A program made the translations under genes and the position numbers. Shown here in pieces: positions 10,665-21,094 of a DNA stretch of 64,000 nt. Under the pieces are notes generated by a model. That model saw nothing but the letters and a program-made list of their open reading frames with translations, had not been told where the DNA came from and did no database searches. The DNA lies in sequence record OU343167.1, one strand, 5' to 3'. Within the stretch, counting starts at the first letter, position 1; every line of letters begins with the position of its first letter.

Positions 10665-12758
10665 ATGTCCACGTACTACAACGCTGTTCCTAAGGTTGTG
10701 TTTAACGGGATTCGAGATCGTAGCCGTCGGGCGTTCATTCGTCCCGAGATTACTTTCGCCCAACACACTCCTCTGCTTCGTCTCTTCACTGAGACTGGCC
10801 CAACTGAAACCACTTATGTAGGTGATTCCGAAGATGGCTTCGCGTCTATCTTTGGTCAAAGCTCTCTTGATCCACGCAGCAAGTATTTTAACCAGCAATC
10901 GCTGCTGGCGCTGAACCTGCTTGGTCAAGGTAACGGTTTCTATGTTAAACGCCTGAAACCCGAAGACGCTGGTAACCCAGCTCGAATCACTGTGGCCTTG
11001 GAAATGGTCCAAGACATGATTCCTGCTTCGGTAACTCGTCTCAGTGGCTTTAACTATCCTGATGCTGTAACTGATACTGGTAATGGTCCGATTGCTTCTG
11101 GTACCGATACCGTTGAAGGTTATCGTGCACGCATCGTTCTGATTGCCGACAACCAATCTGAAGTAGGTACTCAACGTCGCCTGCCGGGTACAATGGTTTC
11201 CGGTATGGATGGTAGTCAGTCTACTGTATATCCGCTGTTCGAACTACCCGCTTCGTTCTTCGGTCAGCCCGGTAATAACCTGGGCATGCGTATCTGGGCA
11301 CCGACTCAGCTCGATCCGGATGGCTACGATGAATTCACTGGTCAGCGCTTCAAGACTCGTCTGTATCGTGTTCAATTCGTTGAACTCATGGACGGGACAA
11401 GCACTCCGATCATCATCAAGACCAAGACCGATGAAGACTACGTCAACGTATCGTTCGACGAAGGTGTTTGGTCGGAACAGTATGATCGTGATCTAACCAT
11501 CGATGAAGTTCTTATCGATCAGTATAACGACGACGGTATTGAGTCGGGTATGTCCCCGCTTTATAGCCCGTTCTCGCAGTGCTATGTATATCGTGACAAC
11601 GTAGAACTCGTTCGCGAGATTATCTACGATGCAGAGACCCGTGTAAACCCGGCAATCAATGCACATATCGATGCACCTGGTCAGATTGACTTCCTCACTA
11701 TGCTTGGTGAAGATGGTGACCCGTATCAATCCATCAAACTGGAAGGTCCGATTGAAGGTGGTGTGCTTCTAGGTAAGAACGCTACTGTCTACGCCCAAGG
11801 CGGTAAAGACGGTACCACTACCCTGGATGAATACGTCAAGCTTGTTGACATCGAGAATACCAACTTTGGTAAGCTTGGTGATCAGTACGAAAACGTTGCG
11901 CTCTATCAATTCGGTATCCTGTACGACACCGGTCTGCCGATGGCCTCGAAATATAAGGCAATGCAAGTATTGTCTGCTCGTCGTGACGTACAGTACTTCT
12001 TCACTACCTTTGTTGAAGGTGAGACCCGTCTTCCGACGGCATCTGAAGAAGTATCCCGTGTACAGGCTCTGATGACTCGTCTGAAGGCTTTCCCGGAAGC
12101 TACCCTGTATGGTACCCCTGTGTGCCGTGCGATGATTGTAATGCAATCTGGTAAGCTTGTTGGCGGCGGTTACAATAAGTTTGTTCCGCAGTTGCTCGAC
12201 GTTGCCATGATGTGGTCGCGTTATGCTGGTGCTGGCACCGGTATCCTACGTGCAGGCGCTGAAATGGACGTTGATCCGAATAACCGTGTAACCATGGTTA
12301 AGAAGCTTAACGTACCGTTCTTCAATGCTCGTACATCGGCTAACCTCTGGGCCAATGGTGCAACTTACTCTACTTCGTACGACCATCGTTCGAATTACTA
12401 CCCGTGTCTGCGTTCGGTATATCTGGACGACACATCGGTACTGCTTAGCCCGATCACTGTGAATATCTGCTGCGTAATCATGCGGTTGATCCACAAGATC
12501 CACGCTAAGTTCTCGGGTAACGCTTTCCTGACTAAAGAACAGCTTGTTGAACGTTGCGACCAAGAGATCCTTGATCGTACTCGTGATCTGTTTGGTGGTC
12601 GTGTAGACGTGATCCCGCGTACCGAGATCACCGGTATTGATGAGAACAATGGCACCAGCTGGACTTGCACTGTGACTGTTGCGGCTAATAACCCGCGCAC
12701 CACTCTGAACTTCCAACTGGAAACCGTTCGCCGCGAGAACGTTACCGAGCAGCAATAA
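10665..12758 (+). CDS. Tail sheath protein (phiKZ gp29-like)
   Basis: 697 aa. YDTG.P and RA(M)IV.QSG motifs; biased high-expression codons; followed by a tube-sized ORF. Confidence 0.9.
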   Translation: MSTYYNAVPKVVFNGIRDRSRRAFIRPEITFAQHTPLLRLFTETGPTETTYVGDSEDGFASIFGQSSLDPRSKYFNQQSLLALNLLGQGNGFYVKRLKPEDAGNPARITVALEMVQDMIPASVTRLSGFNYPDAVTDTGNGPIASGTDTVEGYRARIVLIADNQSEVGTQRRLPGTMVSGMDGSQSTVYPLFELPASFFGQPGNNLGMRIWAPTQLDPDGYDEFTGQRFKTRLYRVQFVELMDGTSTPIIIKTKTDEDYVNVSFDEGVWSEQYDRDLTIDEVLIDQYNDDGIESGMSPLYSPFSQCYVYRDNVELVREIIYDAETRVNPAINAHIDAPGQIDFLTMLGEDGDPYQSIKLEGPIEGGVLLGKNATVYAQGGKDGTTTLDEYVKLVDIENTNFGKLGDQYENVALYQFGILYDTGLPMASKYKAMQVLSARRDVQYFFTTFVEGETRLPTASEEVSRVQALMTRLKAFPEATLYGTPVCRAMIVMQSGKLVGGGYNKFVPQLLDVAMMWSRYAGAGTGILRAGAEMDVDPNNRVTMVKKLNVPFFNARTSANLWANGATYSTSYDHRSNYYPCLRSVYLDDTSVLLSPITVNICCVIMRLIHKIHAKFSGNAFLTKEQLVERCDQEILDRTRDLFGGRVDVIPRTEITGIDENNGTSWTCTVTVAANNPRTTLNFQLETVRRENVTEQQ

Positions 12759-12790
12759 GCTCGGTAACTACTCATTTTTGAGGAATCGAA

Positions 12791-13666
12791 ATGAAACGTT
12801 ATAATGACCCGATGGCTCCTCAGTCCGGCTACGGTGCAGGTGGTTCCAAGAACACCATCAACCTGGCTCAGGCTGGTACGGATGTCTTTCGTCCTGATCT
12901 GGCTAACCTTGCGAGTAACACTCCTTACGTTAGCCGGAACCTCGTCCCGTTCCTTCTGGAAGCTCCACGCTTCTTCCAATACGCTAGCAATAGCCGGCAA
13001 CTAGTTCGTTCGCTTAAAGCCCTGGTAGAGAACCATGTTCGTACTATCGATGGTCTACAGCAGACTGTAACTGTTGATACCGCAGAAGCTCCTTGGGGTG
13101 GTTCTGGTGAAGCCATCCAGGCTGCCACCAACGTTACCCGTGCTCGTTCGACTCCGTCGTTGGGTTGCTGGGAACTGCAAGGTCGTGCTATCCAGCGTTA
13201 CCTGAAGTGGTGGATCACCTACGGTATCGGTGACGAGAATACCAAGATCCCGCGTATCGTTGCAGAAGGTAACGTTCCGCCGGAGAAATACGATGCTACC
13301 TTCTATGGTGCCACGATTCTATTCGTTGAACCAGATCCGACTTTCCAAGACGTTGTTAGCGCATATCTCTGCACCAACATGTTCCCGCTGTCGACTGGTC
13401 AATGGGAGAGCCGTAAAGACGCCGCTCAGATCGGCCAGAACCTTGACCTCAGTATTGAGTTCTCGGCGATGACTGACGTATCTGAAGGTGTTACCATGTA
13501 TGCTCGTCAACTGTTCCGTACACTGAACATTAAAGGGATGAACCCGAACGAACAACGTGGTTGGATTGAATCCATCTCTGCTGACGTACGTGCTGCCAAC
13601 ATTGGTCTGCGTGATCAGCTGGAGAAATCCGCTACTAACCGTGTAACCTACGATGGTGCTGACTAA
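12791..13666 (+). CDS. Tail tube protein (phiKZ gp30-like)
   Basis: 291 aa immediately after the sheath, GAGGA SD, LCTNMFP motif. Confidence 0.85.
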   Translation: MKRYNDPMAPQSGYGAGGSKNTINLAQAGTDVFRPDLANLASNTPYVSRNLVPFLLEAPRFFQYASNSRQLVRSLKALVENHVRTIDGLQQTVTVDTAEAPWGGSGEAIQAATNVTRARSTPSLGCWELQGRAIQRYLKWWITYGIGDENTKIPRIVAEGNVPPEKYDATFYGATILFVEPDPTFQDVVSAYLCTNMFPLSTGQWESRKDAAQIGQNLDLSIEFSAMTDVSEGVTMYARQLFRTLNIKGMNPNEQRGWIESISADVRAANIGLRDQLEKSATNRVTYDGAD

Positions 13667-13878
13667 TGGCTAATCCCCTTAAGCTAGATGATGCTTCGAC
13701 GCAAACTCCCGCTCAAGGGGGTTCCGTTGAAAGGTACAACGATTTGATCTCTGCTGATGTCGCTGCTGAAGATAATGGTCTTTGGCACCGTATTAATCGA
13801 GTAGCTGCTTCTGTAGCTACCGATGCAGATAACATCGCTCGTGGTTTACCCGTAGAAGCAAACGCACAGTACGCTTGA
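13666..13878 (+). CDS. Small hypothetical protein co-transcribed with the tail tube
   Basis: 70 aa. TAATG overlap with the tube stop; terminator follows. Confidence 0.65.
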   Translation: MANPLKLDDASTQTPAQGGSVERYNDLISADVAAEDNGLWHRINRVAASVATDADNIARGLPVEANAQYA

Positions 13879-13884
13879 TATATG

Positions 13885-13911
13885 GCCCAGCTTCGGCTGG
13901 GCTTTATGTCG
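13885..13911 (+). terminator. Intrinsic terminator
   Basis: GCCCAGC-ttcg-GCTGGGC-TTTATGTCG. Confidence 0.85.
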
Positions 13912-13936
13912 GCTTGTATTTAAATATATTAAAAAC

Positions 13937-13954
13937 CTATATTACAAATGTGAA
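13937..13954 (+). promoter_or_regulatory. phiKZ-type early promoter (CTATATTAC-N5-TGAA)
   Basis: Matches the phiKZ early consensus TATATTAC, with an A-rich upstream region; precedes an operon start. Confidence 0.75.
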
Positions 13955-13980
13955 TTCAATACTACAATAGGGATCTACAA

Positions 13981-14340
13981 ATGCACCTCAATAAAGAACT
14001 TCTCAAAGAACTGTTCACTGTTATCGAAGACAATATGCGCACCAAAGGTGAGTACTTCGATAAACAAGTCCGTGACAGTACTTTCGGTGAACTGGAGATT
14101 CGTACCTTCGCCGGAACATTCATCTTCTACAAAGCTGGTACCTCTGAACAGTATGCCATGTTCAGCGTGGAGTTCGATGCTACTGGCAAGATCATTCGTT
14201 TCATTGCACCAGCGCTGCTGCGTGCCACTATCTACTGGGATATGGTAGAAGACGAGAACTCAGAACCAGAATACCGTAAGGTCGATATCGAAGAGATGTT
14301 GATCAACGCTGTAACCAACCATTTCAAAACCGCTTTGTAA
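13981..14340 (+). CDS. Hypothetical early protein (119 aa)
   Basis: ORF with SD, directly downstream of the promoter motif. Confidence 0.8.
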   Translation: MHLNKELLKELFTVIEDNMRTKGEYFDKQVRDSTFGELEIRTFAGTFIFYKAGTSEQYAMFSVEFDATGKIIRFIAPALLRATIYWDMVEDENSEPEYRKVDIEEMLINAVTNHFKTAL

Positions 14341-14351
14341 GGAACATCGAA

Positions 14352-14717
14352 ATGCGTAAACTGTTCATCGCTGTGGTATCCACTATTGCATTGCAAGTCG
14401 CTGTCGCTGATCCGTTCAATCCGGTGAAATACGATTCCCAACTCTACGCTGAAATGGTAGATAGTTCTGATCTGATTTACTGTAACAAAGGTATCTGTAA
14501 TTATGTCGATAATGGTGACTTGTTCACCGAGTTTGACATGCCGCCACCTGATGGTTACACAATCGCTTTTCCTAAAGGCAAATACAGTGAACATGAAATC
14601 GACAAATATCGACCACTGTTAACTGAGTTTTATCAAACCCTGGTAGCACTGAAGACTGGTGACTGCACTGGTCCTCTGAGTGAACAGACTAAACGTACCC
14701 TTAAATGCATACGGTGA
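14352..14717 (+). CDS. Hypothetical exported protein with Sec-type signal peptide
   Basis: MRKLFIAVVSTIALQVAVA-DP: basic N-terminus, hydrophobic core, AxA cleavage site. Confidence 0.7.
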   Translation: MRKLFIAVVSTIALQVAVADPFNPVKYDSQLYAEMVDSSDLIYCNKGICNYVDNGDLFTEFDMPPPDGYTIAFPKGKYSEHEIDKYRPLLTEFYQTLVALKTGDCTGPLSEQTKRTLKCIR

Positions 14718-14720
14718 GTT

Positions 14721-14924
14721 ATGGCCATAACAATTCCCTACACCCGACTGGCTTCCTTTAAGAACCTCGATAAGAATCTACGTTGGGGTCAAGCTTTCCA
14801 TAGTCACATGGAACTTCACAAAATCACCAATCCGGAAGATAAGGAGTGGTGTGATAAACTATGGAATGCTGATGATCGGGATGCCGCTGATCTTCTCGCA
14901 TCTGTAGTTGATTACAATAACTAA
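14721..14924 (+). CDS. Hypothetical protein (67 aa)
   Basis: Tightly packed ORF in the operon, with an LRWGQAF motif. Confidence 0.7.
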   Translation: MAITIPYTRLASFKNLDKNLRWGQAFHSHMELHKITNPEDKEWCDKLWNADDRDAADLLASVVDYNN

Positions 14925-15139
14925 TGATCGCTTTCGGTTTGGCTAGTCTGTTCTTTATTGCAATGATTTTAAATATCGGATATCTCTATTCGACAAAGCA
15001 ATATGAACATGAAAAGCTAGCTGGGTGTGACTCAGTTACATTGAAACGATCTAAGTGGTGGATACGCGTATTCAAAGGCGGGAGAAATACATTACTCGCT
15101 TTGTTCGTTGTAATCCTGGCAGACCACTTATTCAAGTAA
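14924..15139 (+). CDS. Small membrane protein (71 aa)
   Basis: Hydrophobic N- and C-terminal segments; TAATG overlap with the previous gene. Confidence 0.65.
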   Translation: MIAFGLASLFFIAMILNIGYLYSTKQYEHEKLAGCDSVTLKRSKWWIRVFKGGRNTLLALFVVILADHLFK

Positions 15140-15141
15140 CA

Positions 15142-15190
15142 CGACATAAGCCCTCTCCTTCGGGAGAGGGCATTTATGTTTTTTTTTTCT
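15142..15190. terminator. Bidirectional terminator
   Basis: CGACATAAGCCCTCTCC-ttcg-GGAGAGGGCATTTATG-T run, between convergent genes. Confidence 0.85.
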
Positions 15191-16435
15191 TTACCTGGAA
15201 TAATAATTCCTGGTCATAGCTCGAAGAATAATGTAAAGCATGATCCCAGTACGGGTAGCTGCAATAACAGCCGGGTTCTTAATCTTCGTTGCTTCTTTCA
15301 CCATTGCTTCACCGGTGTCCCGCATAAAGAGTACACGTGGATCTTCTGAACGCGAAGCCATCAGCTTAGCACGGATCTTCACGATAATACCGTTTAGGTC
15401 GGTATTACGCTGTACAGAGGTTTTAATCGACTGCATGTAGTCAAACGCGTAGAGCAGACATTCATCAACTAGTTTCTCTAGATGACCCATTCTCGGTTGA
15501 CCATAATTTCGCGACATGTACTGTAGCGATTCCACTAGAAGCTTTGGAGGCATAGCTGCCATTGAGTTCTCAATCACACCCAACAGCTCAGGTCTAATAA
15601 AGTTCTGTTCGTTGTTAACAACACCATGCATGTAGCGAAGATAACCCGAATAACCGTTAACTTTATCTCTTAGTATTTGATCTCCATCGGTATTGACACC
15701 AATATCAGAGGTCATAACCAATCTAGAACCAGATTGTAAAGTACGGATATAAACTTCGTAGTATTTATTGATCAATTCACGAATACGTGACTGCGTGTCA
15801 GTTACAACGCGTTTCGACATATAGCCGTCTTTATCCTCGATCTTATCATGAAGATACGAGTAATAAATATTCGAAGTGTCGTTCGAAGAAATCCCCTCGG
15901 AACGTTCACGAATTAATTTTCCCCAACTACCAATAGCTTTAATATCAAACTTGTAGTTAAGGGCAGCAAATGTCGCTTCGGCCACTTCACGCCTAGCCGG
16001 ATATTTAAATCGTCTAACCAATAGAGATGTTAGATATTTAAAATGTAGCACCATGAAAGCGCATGTAATTGCTTCTTGTTTGATATTCAACGGAATGTCA
16101 TTACGTTTATTCAGTTGGATCGTAAGATAACCTGGAATATGGTTGAATGGATCAGATGCCACAATGTGTGTAGGATCGATACCTTCAGCTTTAACGAAAT
16201 CGTGACGGAGTAGATCGTCATCTACACGTAGCACGTCATCAAACCAAATCTCACGGTCAGTATCATAGAAGCGAACTTCTTGAACACCTAGAAGAACTCC
16301 ACCAAAAAATGCAGAGTGATCTTCATTACGGTTCATGTAACGGACGGTGTAGTCGATGATTCGTTTGCAAAGGTCTCGGTCAAACTTGACATCTTCGAAA
16401 TGCTTGTCAAGAACTTGACGAATAGTGAGAGCCAT
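15191..16435 (-). CDS. Conserved phiKZ-like protein, probably virion-associated (gp32-like)
   Basis: 414-aa ORF with GAGG SD; isolated minus-strand gene at the conserved position. Confidence 0.65.
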   Translation of the reverse strand: MALTIRQVLDKHFEDVKFDRDLCKRIIDYTVRYMNRNEDHSAFFGGVLLGVQEVRFYDTDREIWFDDVLRVDDDLLRHDFVKAEGIDPTHIVASDPFNHIPGYLTIQLNKRNDIPLNIKQEAITCAFMVLHFKYLTSLLVRRFKYPARREVAEATFAALNYKFDIKAIGSWGKLIRERSEGISSNDTSNIYYSYLHDKIEDKDGYMSKRVVTDTQSRIRELINKYYEVYIRTLQSGSRLVMTSDIGVNTDGDQILRDKVNGYSGYLRYMHGVVNNEQNFIRPELLGVIENSMAAMPPKLLVESLQYMSRNYGQPRMGHLEKLVDECLLYAFDYMQSIKTSVQRNTDLNGIIVKIRAKLMASRSEDPRVLFMRDTGEAMVKEATKIKNPAVIAATRTGIMLYIILRAMTRNYYSR

Positions 16436-16486
16436 GGTTATACCTCTTTGATTAATCAGATCATTGCGCTAAAAAATATCTTAGAT

Positions 16487-16495
16487 CTATATTAC
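16487..16495 (+). promoter_or_regulatory. Early promoter motif CTATATTAC
   Basis: Exact motif preceded by an A-tract, 40 nt upstream of ATG 16535. Confidence 0.7.
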
Positions 16496-16534
16496 ATGCA
16501 AGCTAAACATTCCGTTAAAAAGAGGTTTTGCAAT

Positions 16535-17539
16535 ATGTCCAATGTTGTTGTAAAAGAAGAAGCTGTAAAACACGAAGAACCCAAATTCACCTGGGAAAAC
16601 TGGTCAGCTAAATATGTTGGTCTTGATCTGATCGAACCTGGTGTTCATGGTAATCTACTAGTCAGCGATTGGTATAACGCTGGTTATGAACAATCCCAAG
16701 TTTCTGTAAATCAATGCCCGAAGCTGAGCCAGTACATCTTCGATCTCAATACCCGTAAGATGATTGGCACTATTGGAATCGTACGTAAATACGATGGTGG
16801 TTTCTATGGCTTTGGTGAAGAGGGTGGTTACCACGACCCTTACCGTAATTACAGTGACACCATTGTTCTACGTGATGTCGATTTCACGAAAGTATCTGTG
16901 AGTAAAGAGCTGTCAATGCTTTATGGCGAGTATGCCGAAAAGAGTCCAGCTGGTAGTGAACTACTGACACTGCTGGCTAAAGTATCGGGTGAACTAACTG
17001 GTAAAGGCTACGCTCTGAATTACCTACACTCCGAGCAACAAGCAGACCGCTGTATTGATGCGAAGCCTTACGCTCGTGTGCGGATAGATTATACCGGTGA
17101 CGATGTAATGGTACAACTCGATTCCACCATTGGTGAAGCCGCAAATGGTTTCGTTGATAAGTTGGCTCCCCTGTACCCTGATAATCTGTATGTTCTTGAA
17201 AACTACAGTTATTCGCATCGGCGTGTGGATGTCGTTAGTCAGGTTGGTGGCATTCTTAAACGTAAGTACACAATTTGCCATTTTGGTCATTACCCTGCAA
17301 TCGACCAGCAAACGGCATTCGTTGAACCTCTTACTCAGGAGCGTATTGAACAACTGATAGTTAGTTACGGAAATCAGTCTCCTAGTGTTAATGCCAAAGA
17401 AATCATGGATACTCTCCATGCCCTCGGTGCCACTAAACTGGTATCTGTTTCTAAGTCCATTCGTCATTACGAGACTGTCATTAGTCTCCGTGCCTTTGAC
17501 GATAACAAAGACGAAATAACCATCACCATTGATTTCTAA
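16535..17539 (+). CDS. Hypothetical protein (334 aa)
   Basis: The track ORF starts at 16316, but ATG 16535 has a GAGG SD and follows the promoter. Confidence 0.75.
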   Translation: MSNVVVKEEAVKHEEPKFTWENWSAKYVGLDLIEPGVHGNLLVSDWYNAGYEQSQVSVNQCPKLSQYIFDLNTRKMIGTIGIVRKYDGGFYGFGEEGGYHDPYRNYSDTIVLRDVDFTKVSVSKELSMLYGEYAEKSPAGSELLTLLAKVSGELTGKGYALNYLHSEQQADRCIDAKPYARVRIDYTGDDVMVQLDSTIGEAANGFVDKLAPLYPDNLYVLENYSYSHRRVDVVSQVGGILKRKYTICHFGHYPAIDQQTAFVEPLTQERIEQLIVSYGNQSPSVNAKEIMDTLHALGATKLVSVSKSIRHYETVISLRAFDDNKDEITITIDF

Positions 17540-17548
17540 GGAGTTATC

Positions 17549-18175
17549 ATGTCTCAACCAACCCTGCGTAATGAAGATGTAACTTTCAAATCCCCAAGTA
17601 AGTCTGACGTTGTCGCACTGTATCTGGATGGAATGATGCGCAATGTTGGTTCCCGCTGGAAGTATGAGCAAGATGGGAACGTATTCCGTTTCTTGATTAA
17701 TGGTGAGTATGCCAGTGACTGCATTGAAGTTTACGATAGTTCGACTATCGAAATTCCCATGTCCGCTGTTGATCTAACTCCCACGGAAATTCATCGCCTT
17801 TGGTTAGGCTCTGGTAGCATGTCTACCTTTGCATTGTCTAAAGCGATGGCTGTCATCACGGATATCGAGATCACCGCAAATAGTCTTCACCAGAAGACTG
17901 CTGTTCGAGCTCGATTCAGTTATGATGAACTCTCTGAAACTCATTACATCCAATGCCAGAACGTTCTGTTCGTTGTAAAGGTATATGTGGATGAGACATA
18001 CATGATTCCGAACGAGGCTGTGTTTGCTTACATGTCAAATGTAGCTGAACGTGAGATGGACGAGACTGATATCATCCGTCTGAAGCTGGATAAAGGTCTT
18101 CTTGTCATTGAACTTAATGGGGTTGATTTCAAAACCATGCTCTGGCCAGAAGCATTCGTTAAAGTGTTTGGATAG
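17549..18175 (+). CDS. Hypothetical protein (208 aa)
   Basis: AGGAG SD; in operon. Confidence 0.8.
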   Translation: MSQPTLRNEDVTFKSPSKSDVVALYLDGMMRNVGSRWKYEQDGNVFRFLINGEYASDCIEVYDSSTIEIPMSAVDLTPTEIHRLWLGSGSMSTFALSKAMAVITDIEITANSLHQKTAVRARFSYDELSETHYIQCQNVLFVVKVYVDETYMIPNEAVFAYMSNVAEREMDETDIIRLKLDKGLLVIELNGVDFKTMLWPEAFVKVFG

Positions 18176-18178
18176 TTC

Positions 18179-18565
18179 ATGTTAGAGATTGGTGAAATTC
18201 GACATGAAGTAATTGGTGAGTTCATAAAGGTCGAGAGGACACATGTTGTCCTCCCTGATTATCTTGAATCTCTTCTCGATTACGAGGGTAATATACGAAC
18301 GTTGTTAACCAGTAAAGCTTTCGCTTGCACTAGGAAAGCCTATGGTATTTGGTTTGATGGTGATTTGCGTGGTTATGCTATTCTCTATACACCGGAGATG
18401 CATTTGGACTGTCTGTATATAGCAGAGTCAGCCCAAGGTATGGGGTATGGTGAACAGCTAGTACGATACATTCAAGCCAAGAAAGTTTTTGTACACAAAA
18501 AGAATGAAGCAGCTATAGCGCTTTATAAGAAAATTGGTTTAGTCATTGAGTTTGATGACGAATAA
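18179..18565 (+). CDS. GNAT-family N-acetyltransferase
   Basis: LDCLYIAESAQGMGYGEQL (acetyl-CoA motif A, QxxGxG) and NEAAIALYKKIG (motif B). Confidence 0.85.
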   Translation: MLEIGEIRHEVIGEFIKVERTHVVLPDYLESLLDYEGNIRTLLTSKAFACTRKAYGIWFDGDLRGYAILYTPEMHLDCLYIAESAQGMGYGEQLVRYIQAKKVFVHKKNEAAIALYKKIGLVIEFDDE

Positions 18566-18673
18566 ATACTGAGATCCAGTATTTAATACAGGTTAGATTT
18601 CCCTGTTGTCTATTTTGCATGAACGTTGCAAACGTTTTTTTGCATTCCGCAAAGACAACATAAAGGTGAAATC

Positions 18674-19021
18674 ATGTACTTCGGTATTTTTGAAAATGAG
18701 CAAGATGTAATTTCTGAGTTCGGTCTGACTAATGGTGAACTTGATAATGCTACCATTCTTTTTGCGTGGTATGAATACGAGGATTACTCGGGTAGTGCTT
18801 TCGTGCTCTTTGAGCGCGATGGTAAATACTACGAGGTCCACGGTTCACATTGCAGCTGCTATGGGCTCAGTCCGGGCAGTGGTGGCGATAATCAATGGGA
18901 TCCTGAAGAATGTACCGTAGAGTCCCTGAAAAAGACTACTCAGAATAGCTACTACCTCCATGGGGTTCGCCCCGCTTGGGAGAAGTTTCTTGCTTCCCTG
19001 GATGAACAGGTGAAATCTTAA
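18674..19021 (+). CDS. Hypothetical phage protein with GSHCSCYG motif (115 aa)
   Basis: ATG 18674 with AAGGTG SD. Motif YEDYSGSAFVLF..DGKYYEVHGSHCSCYG..QW.PEE. Confidence 0.8.
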   Translation: MYFGIFENEQDVISEFGLTNGELDNATILFAWYEYEDYSGSAFVLFERDGKYYEVHGSHCSCYGLSPGSGGDNQWDPEECTVESLKKTTQNSYYLHGVRPAWEKFLASLDEQVKS

Positions 19022-19024
19022 CCT

Positions 19025-19060
19025 GGCATTGGCCTCTCCTTCGGGAGAGGCTATATGTCG
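19025..19060 (+). terminator. Intrinsic terminator
   Basis: GCCTCTCC-ttcg-GGAGAGGC-TATATGTCG. Confidence 0.8.
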
Positions 19061-19108
19061 CCTTTTTCTTTTATCATGTGAACGCCAAATATAATTGAAG
19101 AGGTGCGT

Positions 19109-19870
19109 ATGAGTTGTTGTGCTCAGAGAGAAATCCCGGATACATCGATTGACCTGGATGGACTAGGTAGCGATTGTGATGTTTGGGCCCATCTCAAAGA
19201 CATGTTTGATTATCTCAAAGAAGAACGAGCTGGTGCCATTCCATGTGATATGACCCGGTATAGCGTTCAACATTCTTTGGTTGATGCCATGACGTACTTA
19301 TTCGTTATCACCGATCATCTGACTGGTGAAACGATTGAATACACCGTTGTAAAAGAATTTACAAAAGAAGGCCCGCAGGAAGCGTTTGAACGCGATTATC
19401 GTGAAAGAGAGCTACGGTATAACCGTGGTATCGTTCGCGCACTAGAGGATCATTTAGAGGCCCTACAAGAAGCACATCCAGATGATGGATATAAGCTTCG
19501 GAGGACCAAAGATGGTTATCGTATTTTCCGACCAATCCAAAAAGATTTGGGTGTTGTTGTATTCAAGGTAGATTATGAAGTTGAAGATGGTCCTGTGATC
19601 ATGCCTAGAATTGCATCAGCAACAGAATTTCCGGATGTCCCCGGTGAGCTTGGTAGATCTATTGAACTACTGATTAAACGTTTTAGTAAACTCGGGGTCG
19701 TGTTCGAGGAAGAAGTGAAAGACGAACACGTAAATGATTACCGTGAAGTATCGTTAACTGGACGCGCATTCCGATCTCCATGGAACCACATGAAGATTAC
19801 GATCAGTTATCAAGAGATCGCGTTGGATGATGACAAACTTCGCCGTTATCACGAATATTACACAATCTAA
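19109..19870 (+). CDS. Hypothetical protein (~253 aa)
   Basis: ORF with GAGG SD. Confidence 0.75.
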   Translation: MSCCAQREIPDTSIDLDGLGSDCDVWAHLKDMFDYLKEERAGAIPCDMTRYSVQHSLVDAMTYLFVITDHLTGETIEYTVVKEFTKEGPQEAFERDYRERELRYNRGIVRALEDHLEALQEAHPDDGYKLRRTKDGYRIFRPIQKDLGVVVFKVDYEVEDGPVIMPRIASATEFPDVPGELGRSIELLIKRFSKLGVVFEEEVKDEHVNDYREVSLTGRAFRSPWNHMKITISYQEIALDDDKLRRYHEYYTI

Positions 19871-19879
19871 GGATTTAAC

Positions 19880-20185
19880 ATGACAACACAATTTGAAGTT
19901 ACCTTGGAAGAAATAAAAGCCGAACTAGGTACCCCTCTAGAAATCGTTCCAATGGTCCTACATAAGCTTTTTCAACTTCCCTATGACTTACCCTATCCAA
20001 GTAAGATTCTCTTCGAAGAACAACGTCTGGAGAGCAATAAACCACGTCTACTGATCCGTAATAAAGATAGTATCGTAATTGGTATTGCTTTAGAACCTAC
20101 AGTTGACAAAGCCTCTATCTTAACTTACATTAAGAAGGCTGCTCCCACAGTAATGGATCTTCGCCCATGGGTTGAACGCGAGTAA
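19880..20185 (+). CDS. Hypothetical protein (101 aa)
   Basis: AAGGA SD; terminator follows. Confidence 0.75.
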   Translation: MTTQFEVTLEEIKAELGTPLEIVPMVLHKLFQLPYDLPYPSKILFEEQRLESNKPRLLIRNKDSIVIGIALEPTVDKASILTYIKKAAPTVMDLRPWVERE

Positions 20186-20220
20186 TATAAACGCCTCCCT
20201 TCGGGGAGGCTTTATGTTGT
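20186..20220 (+). terminator. Intrinsic terminator
   Basis: GCCTCCC-ttcg-GGGAGGC-TTTATGTTG. Confidence 0.8.
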
Positions 20221-20234
20221 ATTTGTTTTTAAAT

Positions 20235-20252
20235 CTATATTACTAAAATGAT
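20235..20252 (+). promoter_or_regulatory. Early promoter CTATATTAC-N5-TGAT
   Basis: Exact motif 15 nt after a terminator and upstream of ORF 20278. Confidence 0.75.
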
Positions 20253-20277
20253 ATTCAATCACTAAATAGGAGTTACG

Positions 20278-21063
20278 ATGAGCAATATTGATTTTAGTTT
20301 TAACGCAAAAGAATTAGGGCTCACCAAAAACCATCTAGACACCATCTGGTTCGATATTACAGGTAATGGCGCCTTGGATGCGTACAACATCCGTGTACAG
20401 GTGGAAAGCCACAGTGGTTGGAGTAAACCAACTGTCACGTTCGAAGGACGAGATCGTTCTTACTTGAACGTACGTGGATTGAATTCTTCTTTCAATGAGG
20501 AATCGTACGTTGCCCATGTTAAGTCTTTGTTGCGTGACGTTTACATTGAAAAATGTGGGTGGATCGAACAACGTATTCAACGTGCGTATCGTGATGTAGT
20601 AGATGAGTTCTCTGACCGTGGCTTCTTGTCTAATACTACTGGTGTGTACCAGGTGATTACAGACGCCTCTGATAAACCGGTTAATTTCCAGATCATGGGT
20701 TTGGTATCGTCCTATGTATTTGGTGATCTCGATGAAGAGATTGATTCTATTCGTAAACTGGAAAACAATAATGTCTTACATTATCCGCAATGGGTTCGTC
20801 CAGAGGTTCTGCGTTTTGCGGAGGTAGCTAAACGACGGCTTGAATGGTTGACTGGTAGCAAGGGTGTCAAATCGTTCGTACACGTAATGAAAAACTATGC
20901 GAATGAATACACCCGTTCTGTTGTTATCGCAGTTGATGATGTCGAAAGTATCTATCATGGAGTTGCAGTTGGATTCATGATGCATCCTATCCGTTACTTT
21001 GATATGGATAGGCTGGCTTGGGATCCTAAGTTTGTCTCCATGATCAAGCTTAGTAATCGTTAA
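20278..21063 (+). CDS. Hypothetical protein (261 aa)
   Basis: AGGAG SD; has its own promoter and terminator. Confidence 0.8.
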   Translation: MSNIDFSFNAKELGLTKNHLDTIWFDITGNGALDAYNIRVQVESHSGWSKPTVTFEGRDRSYLNVRGLNSSFNEESYVAHVKSLLRDVYIEKCGWIEQRIQRAYRDVVDEFSDRGFLSNTTGVYQVITDASDKPVNFQIMGLVSSYVFGDLDEEIDSIRKLENNNVLHYPQWVRPEVLRFAEVAKRRLEWLTGSKGVKSFVHVMKNYANEYTRSVVIAVDDVESIYHGVAVGFMMHPIRYFDMDRLAWDPKFVSMIKLSNR

Positions 21064-21093
21064 GGCATAAAGCCCTCTCCTTCGGGAGAGGGT
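21064..21093 (+). terminator. Intrinsic terminator
   Basis: GGCATAAAGCCCTCTCC-ttcg-GGAGAGGGTT. Confidence 0.8.
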
Positions 21094-21094
21094 T

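Noticed and set aside
16316-16534. N-terminal extensions in the ORF track (16316; likewise 28224..28292, 47899..48003, 18626..18673)
   Set aside because: They overlap neighbouring genes or promoters; downstream ATGs have good SD sequences.
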